Of a stretch of 59,698 nt of DNA, positions 1-9,589 are shown in pieces. The stretch lies in NCBI GenBank assembly GCA_038250295.1, contig JBBSCM010000001.1, forward strand, positions 1 to 59,698, written 5' to 3'. The notes under the pieces were generated by a model. The model saw nothing but the letters and a program-made list of their open reading frames with translations, was not told where the DNA came from and ran no database searches. Every line of letters starts with the position of its first letter. The stretch's first letter is position 1. A program made the translations under genes and the position numbers. The DNA comes from Anaerolineales bacterium (GTDB taxonomy: Bacteria > Chloroflexota > Anaerolineae > Anaerolineales > Villigracilaceae).

Positions 1-115
1 TGCGGTCAGGCGCGAGGATCGTCACTTTACCGAGGTTACGCATTTCCTGCGCCAGGGCCAAAAGTCCGGGCGCAAGTACGCCGTCATCGTTTGTTACTAA
101 AATATTTTTAGTCAT
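1..115 (-). CDS. surE: 5'/3'-nucleotidase SurE, N-terminal part (runs off the window)
   Basis: Manual translation from ATG at 115: MTKNILVTNDDGVLAPGLLALAQEMRNLGKVTILAPDR, carrying the SurE ILVTNDDG and APDR signatures. Confidence 0.9.
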   Translation of the reverse strand, partial: MTKNILVTNDDGVLAPGLLALAQEMRNLGKVTILAPDR

Positions 116-136
116 TTTATTTCCATGTTACTTTAT

Positions 137-286
137 TTATGATTTTTCAAAAGATGAAGTACGATCTTCCAAAGGATCATATCCACTTTCTATGTCATTC
201 CATTTTGCCACAACCATCAACGCCCAGAACAACATGATGGTTGGCACGGCAATGACAAGATATACTGCTATGAAAAATAGAAACAT
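137..286 (-). CDS. 49-aa single-pass membrane protein
   Basis: AGGAGG RBS before ATG at 286; hydrophobic MFLFFIAVYLVIAVPTIMLFWALMVVA followed by an acidic tail; lies between the PHP gene and surE on the same strand. Confidence 0.6.
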   Translation of the reverse strand: MFLFFIAVYLVIAVPTIMLFWALMVVAKWNDIESGYDPLEDRTSSFEKS

Positions 287-300
287 ATTAGCCTCCTGTT

Positions 301-1008
301 TTACTGTGTGGTTATGTCCAATCGTATAAAAACACTGCCAATGTAATTTACCGCCCAGCTCCCCAATATTTTGAACATGCTCCACTCTTTCTGCCTGCGG
401 ACTTTGGTTGTACCGTTCTTCAAAGCGATCAATAGATCTGCTGCATGGCTGCCTTCAAATTCAGTTGCGCCCAGGCCGATTGCATCCACAACGTGCGCGT
501 CACTATTTCCTACCTGGGCAATATCCAATTGATTGGCCAGAATGCGCGCGTAATGATTACTCACCCTATCCAGCGCGGTGGCATTATATGTTTCAATGCC
601 AAGCAATGTTTCAGCTACAAGCGGATCGCGCAGCGCCTTCAAAATAGTGCGCGCGCTCAAGCTCTTCATTCCCATTCCGCCCGCCATCGGATGCGGAGCA
701 ATGCAAACGCCGCCGAGTTCGCGCACTCTCAAAACTGTTTCGATCAACGAAAGGCCAGCATCCACTTTTTCTGTGATGAAGAAGGCCAGCAGGTCACCGT
801 CAGCGGTGGTGATCTCAATTCCGGGGATCACTTCCACCCCGTAGATGGAAGCGATTTCCATTGCTTTCAACGCGCCTGCGATCTCATCGTGATCGGTAAT
901 GGCGATGACATCCAGCCCCAGTTGTTTGGCGCGGCTCAAAACGGCAGGCAGGGAAGCCGTGCCGTCATAGCTATGGATTGTGTGTAAATGTAAATCTGCA
1001 AGTCCCAT
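301..1008 (-). CDS. PHP-domain metal-dependent phosphoesterase
   Basis: DLHLHT, AITDHD, APHP and GNSDAH motifs; AAGGAG RBS. Confidence 0.9.
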   Translation of the reverse strand: MGLADLHLHTIHSYDGTASLPAVLSRAKQLGLDVIAITDHDEIAGALKAMEIASIYGVEVIPGIEITTADGDLLAFFITEKVDAGLSLIETVLRVRELGGVCIAPHPMAGGMGMKSLSARTILKALRDPLVAETLLGIETYNATALDRVSNHYARILANQLDIAQVGNSDAHVVDAIGLGATEFEGSHAADLLIALKNGTTKVRRQKEWSMFKILGSWAVNYIGSVFIRLDITTQ

Positions 1009-1120
1009 AATGTTCTCCTTCCTTGGAGTCTGTTGTTTTTTGTTGTTACTATTTTGACAGGTTGCAATGAAAAAGTTTCAAACTTGTCAACGTCTGTGAA
1101 GTTGGAAGGCTTCTGAGATG

Positions 1121-1186
1121 AGTTTACCCTTCGGCTATTAAGAGGTTGTGAAGATGGTTTTAAGGAATTGTATGGGTTGGGTTAAC
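1121..1186 (-). promoter_or_regulatory. PHO-box-like array (5 hexamers, 11-bp period) with -10 TAAACT
   Basis: Plus-strand hexamers attaag/gtgaag/tttaag/gtatgg/gttaac at 1137, 1148, 1159, 1170, 1181; minus-strand TAAACT at 1121-1126, 10 nt downstream. Confidence 0.7.
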
Positions 1187-1231
1187 AAAAAACTACCCGC
1201 TAATCAGGCGGGTAGCTGCCTCAGGGAGGCA
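1187..1231 (-). terminator. Rho-independent terminator preceded by a second hairpin
   Basis: ctacccgc/gcgggtag stem with T6 on the minus strand; adjacent tgcctc/gaggca hairpin; follows the 35-aa ORF. Confidence 0.75.
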
Positions 1232-1253
1232 AAGAGGAGGAGAAGAAAATGAA

Positions 1254-1361
1254 TTAAGCGCGTTTGTGTTTCTTTAGAAAGTCGCGGCGTTTGCGGGTCG
1301 CGTCCACACCGAAGATAACAACCATAGATACAAAAATCACTGAAGTTAAAATTGTTTCCAT
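1254..1361 (-). CDS. 35-aa small membrane peptide (not in the ORF track)
   Basis: METILTSVIFVSMVVIFGVDATRKRRDFLKKHKRA; GGAGAG RBS, own upstream repeat array and downstream terminator. Confidence 0.65.
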   Translation of the reverse strand: METILTSVIFVSMVVIFGVDATRKRRDFLKKHKRA

Positions 1362-1394
1362 GCGCTCTCCATTTCTATATTTCCATGATACATC

Positions 1395-1439
1395 AAAGTA
1401 TTTATTTTGGACTTAAGAATCAGTTAACAACTGGTAAAC
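1395..1439 (-). promoter_or_regulatory. PHO-box-like array upstream of the 35-aa ORF
   Basis: cttaag/gttaac/gtaaac at 1412, 1423, 1434 (11-bp period); candidate -10 TACTTT at 1395-1400. Confidence 0.55.
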
Positions 1440-1452
1440 AAATATGCAAGCA

Positions 1453-2481
1453 TTAGAATGCATCTGCTTGTCCTCTTTTAAGCCGTGTGCGGGTTCCCTT
1501 GCGCATGGTCTGTAATAATTCCATGGGGGTAAGCAGGATGCGTTCACAGATCTGTGCAATATGCCCTGCGGAGGTGCCTCCATTTTGAATGGGCATCAAT
1601 CGTTTCAATTCATCAATATTCAGGTTGGTGTGAACTTCCTTCCCCAATGCAATTGCTGTAAATGTGCAGGTGGATTGCTGGGTAATGACCACCTCAGCAT
1701 TCGCGATCATTTGATTAATATCTCCATGGGCATAGACGATGGCAGCGGGCGCATTCTCATGAATCTCCCGCATTGCCCTTTTAGTATTTTCCAATGGATG
1801 CAGTTTGAAGATCAGATTCCTCTCTCCAGCGATTGCACTGCACTTACGAATGAAAGTTCGGCGGTCATCGTGACGGAAGGTTTCGCGCAGGGGAGAGGTT
1901 GCTGCCAGCAGGTAATCGTGGAATGGAAAATTGTTATTTTGCGCGCCTCTCAGGTTGTCGAAGTTTGGAATCCCGGTTACAGCTATTTTTTCCTCACGCA
2001 CGCCCTTGCGGATGAATAAATCTGCATATCCCTCGGATGCCACGCAAAAAACATCGTATTCACTAGATAAACCATTTGTGGAGGTGTTCGCTAGATAGCG
2101 TGGCAGCTTCAGCCATTTGACGAGGTGATACATGATCCCCTCAGGCTCTGTGATCCCTTCCTGTACCAGAACAAGGCGTTTACCGCGGATATTCTTCTGC
2201 ACCAATAAATCACTACAAGTAATGACCAGGTCGTACGACCGGGCTTCTCCTCGAAGGTCAACATTCAGGTGGGTGCGGGAAAGAAATTTATCAGTTTCAC
2301 GTTTGTGGCGTCCGCCCAAAACTGTGAAATCCAGCCAGCCTATTTTGGCTAAAAAGTTTATGATCCCATCCCCATAATAGGGTGTGAAATAACAGTTATG
2401 CTCCTTGATTAAATTAAGAGCGATTGCGTGCATCTGGGTGGTTTGGTTCAGGGACCCGCAAATAAAAAGGATGTTGCCCAT
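1453..2481 (-). CDS. GT-B-fold protein (glycosyltransferase / UDP-GlcNAc 2-epimerase / glycerophosphotransferase-like)
   Basis: VTGIPNFD, FKLHP and 'ITQQST...AIALGKEV' segments typical of GT-B C-terminal domains; exact function unknown. Confidence 0.6.
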   Translation of the reverse strand: MGNILFICGSLNQTTQMHAIALNLIKEHNCYFTPYYGDGIINFLAKIGWLDFTVLGGRHKRETDKFLSRTHLNVDLRGEARSYDLVITCSDLLVQKNIRGKRLVLVQEGITEPEGIMYHLVKWLKLPRYLANTSTNGLSSEYDVFCVASEGYADLFIRKGVREEKIAVTGIPNFDNLRGAQNNNFPFHDYLLAATSPLRETFRHDDRRTFIRKCSAIAGERNLIFKLHPLENTKRAMREIHENAPAAIVYAHGDINQMIANAEVVITQQSTCTFTAIALGKEVHTNLNIDELKRLMPIQNGGTSAGHIAQICERILLTPMELLQTMRKGTRTRLKRGQADAF

Positions 2482-2502
2482 GCGTTACTCCGTTTTTGAT
2501 TG

Positions 2503-2631
2503 AGTTTAATCAGCATGTATTAAGCCGCCCATAACGAGGTATTAAGGTATTGTTTAATTCCAGGTGCCCAGGCATCCTTTACTTATTGTTAACAATACCT
2601 TTTGGGTGCGTTAACTTCGATGGACTATCTT
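2503..2631. promoter_or_regulatory. Divergent PHO-box-like promoters for the GT-B gene (-) and the phoU operon (+)
   Basis: attaag/cataac/attaag at 2519, 2530, 2541 with minus -10 TAAACT at 2503-2508; ctttac/gttaac/cttttg/gttaac at 2577, 2588, 2599, 2610 with -10 TATCTT at 2626-2631. Confidence 0.7.
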
Positions 2632-2662
2632 ATAAAGACGCCATCCCCTCGAAGAGAAAAAA

Positions 2663-3340
2663 ATGCCGCGCACAAACTTTGACTATGAACTCCAGATTAT
2701 TCGCGACGACCTGCTGCTCCTGAGCAGTATGGTGGAAACTGCCCTGGTTGAATCAGTTTCTGCCCTAAAAGACCACGATATGGAGAAATCGCAGGTTGTT
2801 TACGATAACGATAGGCAGGTCAATGCGAAACGATTCGACCTGGAGGGGCAGATCATCGTTACGATTGCCACCCAGGCGCCTGTTTTATTTGACCTGCGCT
2901 TCCTGGCCTCCGCGCTTAATATCTGTACCGAATTGGAGAGGATCGGCGATTATGCCAAAACGATCGCGCGGATTAATTTACAATCCGAAGGCACCAGCGT
3001 TCCGCGCTTTTTAAACGCCACCTACGAGATGGGGATCAAAACATCTGATATGCTCCACCGTGCCATGACAGCTTTTCTCCATATCAATGTGCCCTCCGCC
3101 ATCCGCATTATCTCTGATGATGATATTATTGACTCAATGTACAACAAGCTCTATTCTGAATTGATGGATTATGTGATTCACGGCGCACATCATATGGAAC
3201 GCGTCAACTATCTGCTTTGGGTGGCGCATAATTTGGAGCGTGCCGCTGACCGTGTGACTAATATTTGTGAGCGCACCGTTTATATAGAAACGGGAGAATT
3301 GAACGACACGGCATTTTCCAACCTGCATCACCCACAGTAA
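2663..3340 (+). CDS. phoU: Phosphate signalling protein PhoU
   Basis: Duplicated ELERIGDY / NLERAADRVTNICE motifs. Confidence 0.95.
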   Translation: MPRTNFDYELQIIRDDLLLLSSMVETALVESVSALKDHDMEKSQVVYDNDRQVNAKRFDLEGQIIVTIATQAPVLFDLRFLASALNICTELERIGDYAKTIARINLQSEGTSVPRFLNATYEMGIKTSDMLHRAMTAFLHINVPSAIRIISDDDIIDSMYNKLYSELMDYVIHGAHHMERVNYLLWVAHNLERAADRVTNICERTVYIETGELNDTAFSNLHHPQ

Positions 3341-3350
3341 GAGCAGGACT

Positions 3351-4862
3351 ATGCAAACGATTGCAGCAATTGATGTCGGCTCCAACGCCATGCGTATGAT
3401 GGTCGGACGGATGGTTTTTGATGGGAAAATTGAAGTGGTGGAAAACCTGCGCCTGCCGGTGCGTTTGGGGCAGGATGCCTTTACCACAGGCTTTGTCAGC
3501 GAAGAGACGTCACAACAAGCCGTGGATGCCTTTACCCGCTTTCGCAAGATCATGGATGATCATAAAGTGGAAAAAGTGCGCTCTGTCGCCACGAGCGCGA
3601 TGCGTGAGCTGACCAACAGCGGTCTTTTGATCGACCGAATTGCACGCACCACAGGTATTGAAATCGAGGTGATCAGCGGGGAGGAGGAAGCGCGGTTGAT
3701 CCATCTGGGCGTATCCCATTCTGTGGACTTGAAAAACAAACACGCATTATTGATCGATATCGGGGGCGGCAGCGTGGAAGTAACCCTTTCACTAAACGGA
3801 AACATCATCTCCACCGAAAGTTATAATATGGGGACGGTGCGTTTGCTCAAAAAACTGACCAGTGAAAAGAACTCCGGTCCCGCCTTTCATAAACTGGTGC
3901 GCGCTTATGCGGAAGCCGCGCGTCATCGCATTGACCGTGAGCTTGGCTCCAAAAAAATAAACATTTGCGTCGGGACGGGGGGAAATATCGAGGAGATGGG
4001 TAATTTACGCCAGAAACTTTTCAAACGCGATAGTGACCGTGCCATCACTCTTGAAGAGCTGGATAAACTCGTCGAAACACTGAGCAGGATGAAGGTCGAA
4101 GACAGGATGCGAAAATTCAAGCTAAAACCAGATCGTGCAGACGTCATCCTGCCTGCATGCATCGTCCTGCAAATGATCGCGCATGAAGCCAAGATCAAGG
4201 AAGTGGTCATCCCAAATGTTGGATTGAAGGATGGCGTGCTCTGGGACATGGCTTATCACCTGCAGGAAAGCGCACGTGTTTCGCCGCGTGAACAAGTGTG
4301 GACTTCCGCCCTGCGCCTTGGTGAGAAATATCAATTTGATGCGGAACATGCGAAGTTGGTCGCTCATCACGCAGGAAGATTGTTTGACCAGTCGTGTGCT
4401 TTACACAGCCTGGATGAAGAAAACAAACTGCTGCTGGAAATTGGCGCGTTATTGCATGACATCGGCCATTTTATCAATACAGTGGATCATGACAAACATG
4501 GCTTTTATATTCTGAAAGCCAGCCCGCTGATCGGTTTACCCGAAGCCAAGCAAAACATCATTGCCAATATTATGCTGTATCATCGGAAGTCAACACCATC
4601 CACTGAGGATGAAAGTTTTCGAACGTTGACACCGAAGGAACGCCTGGTGGTCATAAAACTCTCTGCGCTGATGCGCCTTGCAGACGGCCTGGATGTGAGT
4701 CACACGGGACGCGTGAAAGATGTACAGCTCGAGCGGCAGAAAAACATCTGGAAACTAAAACTGCAGGGAGAAGGCGACCTCATGCTGGAGCGATGGACGC
4801 TTGAAAAGCGCCAGAAGCTTTTTCAGGATGTGTTTGGTGTGAAGCTTGAAATCACGGAATAA
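3351..4862 (+). CDS. ppx: Exopolyphosphatase Ppx/GppA family
   Basis: AAIDVGSN, ATSAMRE, ISGEEEA, DIGGGS and C-terminal LLHDIG HD-like domain. Confidence 0.95.
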   Translation: MQTIAAIDVGSNAMRMMVGRMVFDGKIEVVENLRLPVRLGQDAFTTGFVSEETSQQAVDAFTRFRKIMDDHKVEKVRSVATSAMRELTNSGLLIDRIARTTGIEIEVISGEEEARLIHLGVSHSVDLKNKHALLIDIGGGSVEVTLSLNGNIISTESYNMGTVRLLKKLTSEKNSGPAFHKLVRAYAEAARHRIDRELGSKKINICVGTGGNIEEMGNLRQKLFKRDSDRAITLEELDKLVETLSRMKVEDRMRKFKLKPDRADVILPACIVLQMIAHEAKIKEVVIPNVGLKDGVLWDMAYHLQESARVSPREQVWTSALRLGEKYQFDAEHAKLVAHHAGRLFDQSCALHSLDEENKLLLEIGALLHDIGHFINTVDHDKHGFYILKASPLIGLPEAKQNIIANIMLYHRKSTPSTEDESFRTLTPKERLVVIKLSALMRLADGLDVSHTGRVKDVQLERQKNIWKLKLQGEGDLMLERWTLEKRQKLFQDVFGVKLEITE

Positions 4863-4865
4863 TAT

Positions 4866-5714
4866 ATGAATGCACAAACCCTTTTACTGGATTCTCTGAA
4901 CACACGCTGGGCCAGCTATAAGGCCGAACTAAAGACCTGCCGCAGGGAGTTTTCGGAGGAAGCGGTTCATGATTTCCGCGTGGCAGCGCGCCGCTTGCTT
5001 TCTTCCCTCGATCTTTTACGCGTGGTCATACAAGACCCCAAAATTCAAAAAACACGGCGTATTTTGAAGGACCAACTCGATAACCTCGATGACTTGCGTG
5101 ATGCACAGGCATTACTCGCCGACCTGTCGGAAGTAATTCATGAAACTTCCGTGCTTCAACCTTTTCAGGAATATTTACGACATAAGGAAAAGCAATTGCT
5201 GCGCTCGACCCGTAAGGAGATAAAATCTTTAAAAACCGCAAATCTTTCCAGGCGCATTGAGAAATTAAATAAAACAATCGAAGCGTTCAATCAGGCTGAT
5301 CCTGAGATGGTAATATTTTCAGCAGTTGACGAGGCTTATGCAATTGCCAATCAGCGATATACTCTGGTTGACCCGAGTCAACCAGCCACGATCCATCGGC
5401 TCAGAATAGCCTTCAAGAAATTCCGTTACATGCTCGAAGCCATCCACCCGTTATTTGAGAATTTGCCCAATGATTATCTAAAAAAATTGCATGATTATCA
5501 AGCCGCCATGGGCGACATTCAAGACATGGAAGTAGCTTTGCGGCAACTTTCAGATTTTGACGAACTTGCACCTGAATCCTATGCCCCCGAACCTGCCCGC
5601 TCGTATTATAAAGAACGCCACGCCATTGCCTTATCGCGTTATATCGAAGACAAAGGCGAGATCGTTACTTTTTGGCGCGCTGCGCCAGATCAACCTTTTC
5701 CCCAGGAGAAATAA
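4866..5714 (+). CDS. CHAD-domain polyphosphate-binding protein
   Basis: HDFRVAARR, HRLRIAFKKFRY and MGDIQD motifs; polyP gene context. Confidence 0.9.
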   Translation: MNAQTLLLDSLNTRWASYKAELKTCRREFSEEAVHDFRVAARRLLSSLDLLRVVIQDPKIQKTRRILKDQLDNLDDLRDAQALLADLSEVIHETSVLQPFQEYLRHKEKQLLRSTRKEIKSLKTANLSRRIEKLNKTIEAFNQADPEMVIFSAVDEAYAIANQRYTLVDPSQPATIHRLRIAFKKFRYMLEAIHPLFENLPNDYLKKLHDYQAAMGDIQDMEVALRQLSDFDELAPESYAPEPARSYYKERHAIALSRYIEDKGEIVTFWRAAPDQPFPQEK

Positions 5715-5717
5715 AAC

Positions 5718-6224
5718 ATGAACTTATACATTATTCGCCATGCCATTGCAGTGGAGGAAGGCACACCAGAATACGAGGATGACAGCCAGCGTCCGCTCAC
5801 AGATAAAGGCAAAAAGAAAATGAGGCAGATCGCGAAAGGTCTGCGCTCCCTGGGCGTGGGTATTGATTTGATCCTATCCAGCCCCTACGCCCGCGCAAAA
5901 GAAACGGCGGAAATTCTCGCGGATGTTTTCAAAATGAAAAAGAATGTTGAGCTTAGCGAGAACCTCGTTCCAATGGGTGACCCCGACCTGTTGATCGCGG
6001 AAATGAACGAGAAATACAAAGTGGATGGCATTGCATTGGTTGGGCATGAGCCGCAATTAACCCATCTGATCGGCTTGCTTGTTTCTGAAAATGCGGGCGT
6101 GGATATGACCTTGAAAAAAGGCGGCGTTTGCAGTCTCTCCGCCGATGACCTTCATCATGCCCGCAAAGCTACGATAGAATGGCTGCTTACACCGGGCATC
6201 CTGGTTGAGCTTGGTGACAAATAA
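5718..6224 (+). CDS. sixA: Phosphohistidine phosphatase SixA
   Basis: RHAIA, RPLTDKG, SSPYARA and VGHEP motifs. Confidence 0.9.
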   Translation: MNLYIIRHAIAVEEGTPEYEDDSQRPLTDKGKKKMRQIAKGLRSLGVGIDLILSSPYARAKETAEILADVFKMKKNVELSENLVPMGDPDLLIAEMNEKYKVDGIALVGHEPQLTHLIGLLVSENAGVDMTLKKGGVCSLSADDLHHARKATIEWLLTPGILVELGDK

Positions 6225-6228
6225 GCCT

Positions 6229-8316
6229 ATGACCGAAACTATTGACCTTACCTCTCCCTCTCTTTATATTAACCGTGAGTTGAGTCTGCTGGAATTTCAA
6301 CGCCGCGTGCTGGAGGAAGCCTGGGATGAATCCAAACCTTTGCTCGAACGTATTAAGTTCCTTGCCATCTTCGGCTCGAATATGGATGAGTTTTTTATGG
6401 TGCGGGTATCTGGCATTCGCAAGATGGTGGAAGCGCGTATTATGGATGTCTCGCCTGATGGGGCAACTCCGCCGGATCAGCTTGCTGCAATTCGGAAATT
6501 GTCTCAGGAGTTAATGATCGAGGCCCAGAGATTTTATCAACGGAAACTTTTGCCCAAACTGGATAAAACAGGCATCCACATCATTGATTATCATAAATTA
6601 AGCAAATTGCAAAAAGAACGCGCGGACACTTATTTCAAGGAATTGATCTACCCCGTCCTCACGCCGCTTGCGCTTGACCCTGGACATCCGTTCCCGCATA
6701 TTTCAAATTTAAGTTTGAACCTTGCCATTGTGATCCACGACAAAAAAGGAAACGAGAAATTTGCGCGCTTGAAAGTGCCGGACACCCTGCCGCGTCTTCT
6801 GCCTATCAAGCGTTCTTCCGGTGGGGTCCGCAAAGACGGCACCATTCCTTTTCAGCATTATTTTGTATGGTTGGAACAGGTAATTGCCGCCAATCTCGAT
6901 GACCTCTTCCCCGGTATGGAAGTAACCGCTGCGCATCCCTTCCGCATTGTGCGCGATGCCGATATCGAAATTCAGGAACTCGAAGCAGACGATCTGCTCG
7001 AGACCATGCAGCAGAATATCCGCAAACGAAAATTTGGCTCGTTGGTGCAGGTGGCTATTTACGAGTCCATGCCTGAGAATATTCGCGAATTACTGGTGGA
7101 TAATTTGGAAGTATCCCGAAACGATGTCTATGTTTTGGATAGTCCGCTTGGCTTGAGCGGATTATGGCAGCTTTACAGCAATGTGGAACGGCACGATCTA
7201 AAGGATGCAGTTTACAAGCAGCGTACTCCCAAAGCGCTTAGATATGCCACAACCGCAACGGATATCTTCGACGCGATCAGGAACGAAAATATCCTGCTCC
7301 ACCACCCCTATGATTCTTTCAACCCGGTGGTTGATTTCATCAATGCAGCGGCGCGTGATCCGCAGGTACTGGCGATCAAGCAAACGCTGTATCGTGTGGG
7401 CGCAAATGCCCCGGTCGTTGAAGCTCTACTCGATGCGGCGGAGCGCGGCAAACAGGTGGCGGTATTGGTTGAACTCAAAGCGCGTTTCGATGAAGAATCA
7501 AATATAGGCTGGGCACGCGCATTGGAAGAAGTGGGCGTGCACGTGGTCTATGGCCTGGTGGGTTTGAAGACCCATTGCAAAGTGACCATGGTCGTGCGCC
7601 AGGAGGGTGAGGGCATTCGCAGATATTTGCACCTTGCAACGGGAAATTACAACGCGCTCACTTCGCGGATTTACGAGGATATCGGCATGTTCACTTGTGA
7701 TGAAGCCATGGGCGCGGATGCAACCGATCTTTTCAATTATTTAACGGGCTATTCCACAAAACAGGGATACCGTAAATTATTCGTGGCTCCCGTTACCCTG
7801 CGTAAAAAACTGGAGGGACTCATCCTGCGTGAGATCGAACACGCGGGGCAGGGACGCAAGGCGCGCTTGATTTTTAAACTTAACTCGCTGGTCGACCCGC
7901 ACATGATTCAACTTTTATATAAAGCGTCTCAAGCCGGTGTGCAGGTGGATTTGTTGGTGCGCGGTATGTGCTGTTTGCGCCCCGCTATAAAAGGTGTCAG
8001 CGAAAATATCCGCGTCATTAGTATCGTTGGGCGTTATCTTGAACACAGCCGCGTATTCTATTTTCAGAACGACGGCAGGGAGGAGATCTATCTCGGAAGC
8101 GCAGACCTTATGACACGCAATCTTAATCACCGTGTTGAGGTGGTTTTTCCGGTTGAAAACAAGGGCCATATAAAATATTTACGCCAGCACGTTTTGGAAA
8201 CATATTTTAAAGACAATACCCGTGCGCGCATTCTGCAATCAGACGGAACGTACATGCGCCTCACACCTGAGGCAGGCAAAGATGTTATTGATGTGCAGGA
8301 AAAATTTATGAGCTAG
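6229..8316 (+). CDS. ppk1: Polyphosphate kinase 1
   Basis: NRELS, LHHPYDSF, ELKARFDE, KTHCK and RYLEHSR motifs; ATG at 6229 preferred over TTG at 6205. Confidence 0.97.
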   Translation: MTETIDLTSPSLYINRELSLLEFQRRVLEEAWDESKPLLERIKFLAIFGSNMDEFFMVRVSGIRKMVEARIMDVSPDGATPPDQLAAIRKLSQELMIEAQRFYQRKLLPKLDKTGIHIIDYHKLSKLQKERADTYFKELIYPVLTPLALDPGHPFPHISNLSLNLAIVIHDKKGNEKFARLKVPDTLPRLLPIKRSSGGVRKDGTIPFQHYFVWLEQVIAANLDDLFPGMEVTAAHPFRIVRDADIEIQELEADDLLETMQQNIRKRKFGSLVQVAIYESMPENIRELLVDNLEVSRNDVYVLDSPLGLSGLWQLYSNVERHDLKDAVYKQRTPKALRYATTATDIFDAIRNENILLHHPYDSFNPVVDFINAAARDPQVLAIKQTLYRVGANAPVVEALLDAAERGKQVAVLVELKARFDEESNIGWARALEEVGVHVVYGLVGLKTHCKVTMVVRQEGEGIRRYLHLATGNYNALTSRIYEDIGMFTCDEAMGADATDLFNYLTGYSTKQGYRKLFVAPVTLRKKLEGLILREIEHAGQGRKARLIFKLNSLVDPHMIQLLYKASQAGVQVDLLVRGMCCLRPAIKGVSENIRVISIVGRYLEHSRVFYFQNDGREEIYLGSADLMTRNLNHRVEVVFPVENKGHIKYLRQHVLETYFKDNTRARILQSDGTYMRLTPEAGKDVIDVQEKFMS

Positions 8317-9542
8317 GTTGTCAAAAGGGGAATTACAAAATAGAAAACGCTTCCGCGGCCTTCATCGCTTTCCGCCCAGATGCGCCCGCCGTGTGCTTCG
8401 ACAATATGTTTTGAAATGGACAATCCCAGTCCCGTGCCTGAACCTGTGCGGGATTTATCCACGCGATAGAATCTCTCAAAGATACGGGACAGACTCTCCG
8501 CTGGGATTCCGACTCCTGTATCCTGCACAGCGAATCTGATTCCATCCTCACCTGATACTGCTTCGACGTTTACTTCCCCTCCAGGCTTAGTGAATTTAAC
8601 CGCGTTGTGAATAATATTCACCAGCACCTGCTCCAAACGCGATTTATCTGCGTGAATATTTGGCAGGTCGTCTTCGCAATTGACGGATAATTTTAAGCCT
8701 GCGCGTTCGGCTTGCATCTTCATGCGGTCTGCAGCGGAAGTGATCAAACTCTTTGGCGTAAGCGGCGCAAGCATCAATTCCACCTGGCCTGATTCAATGC
8801 GCGAGAGGTCAAGCAGTTCCTGCGCCATTTGTGTGAGCGCATCCACTTCAGTGCTGATCCTGCCCAGGAAACGCGGACCAGCATCCGGGTCGGCGAGAGC
8901 GCCGCTTTGTAACGTCTCGGTTAATGCTTTGAGAGAGGCAAGCGGGGTCCGCAGTTCATGCGAAACGTTTGAGATGAAGTCCCGCCGCACGGTTTCAAGC
9001 CTGCGAACGCGTGTCAGATCCTGCACGAGCAGAAGGCTTCCGCTGGCGTGGGTATCGGGAATGGCAACCAGCTGCAAAAATTGACGACGCGCGGGCAGCT
9101 CAACAGTTTCGCTTTGGATCTCGCGCGTTTGCTGGCAGCGCCGCCAGGCCTCCACGAGCTGATGATTGCGAACCACTTCGGTAACACTATGCCCGATTGC
9201 GTGGGATGTTTCAAAGAGTTTTTTTGCGGCTGGGTTCGCAAATTGGATCAATCCGTTTGCATCTGCGATGATGACGCCGTCGATCATTTGTTCAAGGACA
9301 GTGGAAAGGCGCGCGTTTTCAGAAGCCATTGTTGAAAGCCGCAGATCAAAGGATGACTTCAACGAAGCAATGGCATTGGATAGATTTTCTATTTTTTTTA
9401 TGTCGGTGGGGAGGCTTTCAGGCGAAATGCGCGCAAGGCGGGCATATTCATTCATGCTCTTTTTTAAATCGTAATAGAGCCATGCAAACCACACGGCAAT
9501 GACAAGAAAAATGATCGCGAGGTACAAAGGCAATTCATCCAT
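8313..9542 (-). CDS. phoR: Phosphate sensor histidine kinase (PAS-HisKA-HATPase)
   Basis: RRDFISNVSHELRTPL and FERFYRVDKSR; next to phoB-like and polyP genes. Confidence 0.85.
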   Translation of the reverse strand: MDELPLYLAIIFLVIAVWFAWLYYDLKKSMNEYARLARISPESLPTDIKKIENLSNAIASLKSSFDLRLSTMASENARLSTVLEQMIDGVIIADANGLIQFANPAAKKLFETSHAIGHSVTEVVRNHQLVEAWRRCQQTREIQSETVELPARRQFLQLVAIPDTHASGSLLLVQDLTRVRRLETVRRDFISNVSHELRTPLASLKALTETLQSGALADPDAGPRFLGRISTEVDALTQMAQELLDLSRIESGQVELMLAPLTPKSLITSAADRMKMQAERAGLKLSVNCEDDLPNIHADKSRLEQVLVNIIHNAVKFTKPGGEVNVEAVSGEDGIRFAVQDTGVGIPAESLSRIFERFYRVDKSRTGSGTGLGLSISKHIVEAHGGRIWAESDEGRGSVFYFVIPLLTT

Positions 9543-9547
9543 AGTAG

Positions 9548-9585
9548 TTCGTAATTCGTAAATTACTCATTACGAATTACGCATT
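9548..9585. repeat. Inverted pair of short heptamer tandem arrays
   Basis: ttcgtaa x2 followed by ttactca/ttacgaa/ttacgca between phoB and phoR. Confidence 0.7.
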
Positions 9586-9589
9586 CATC

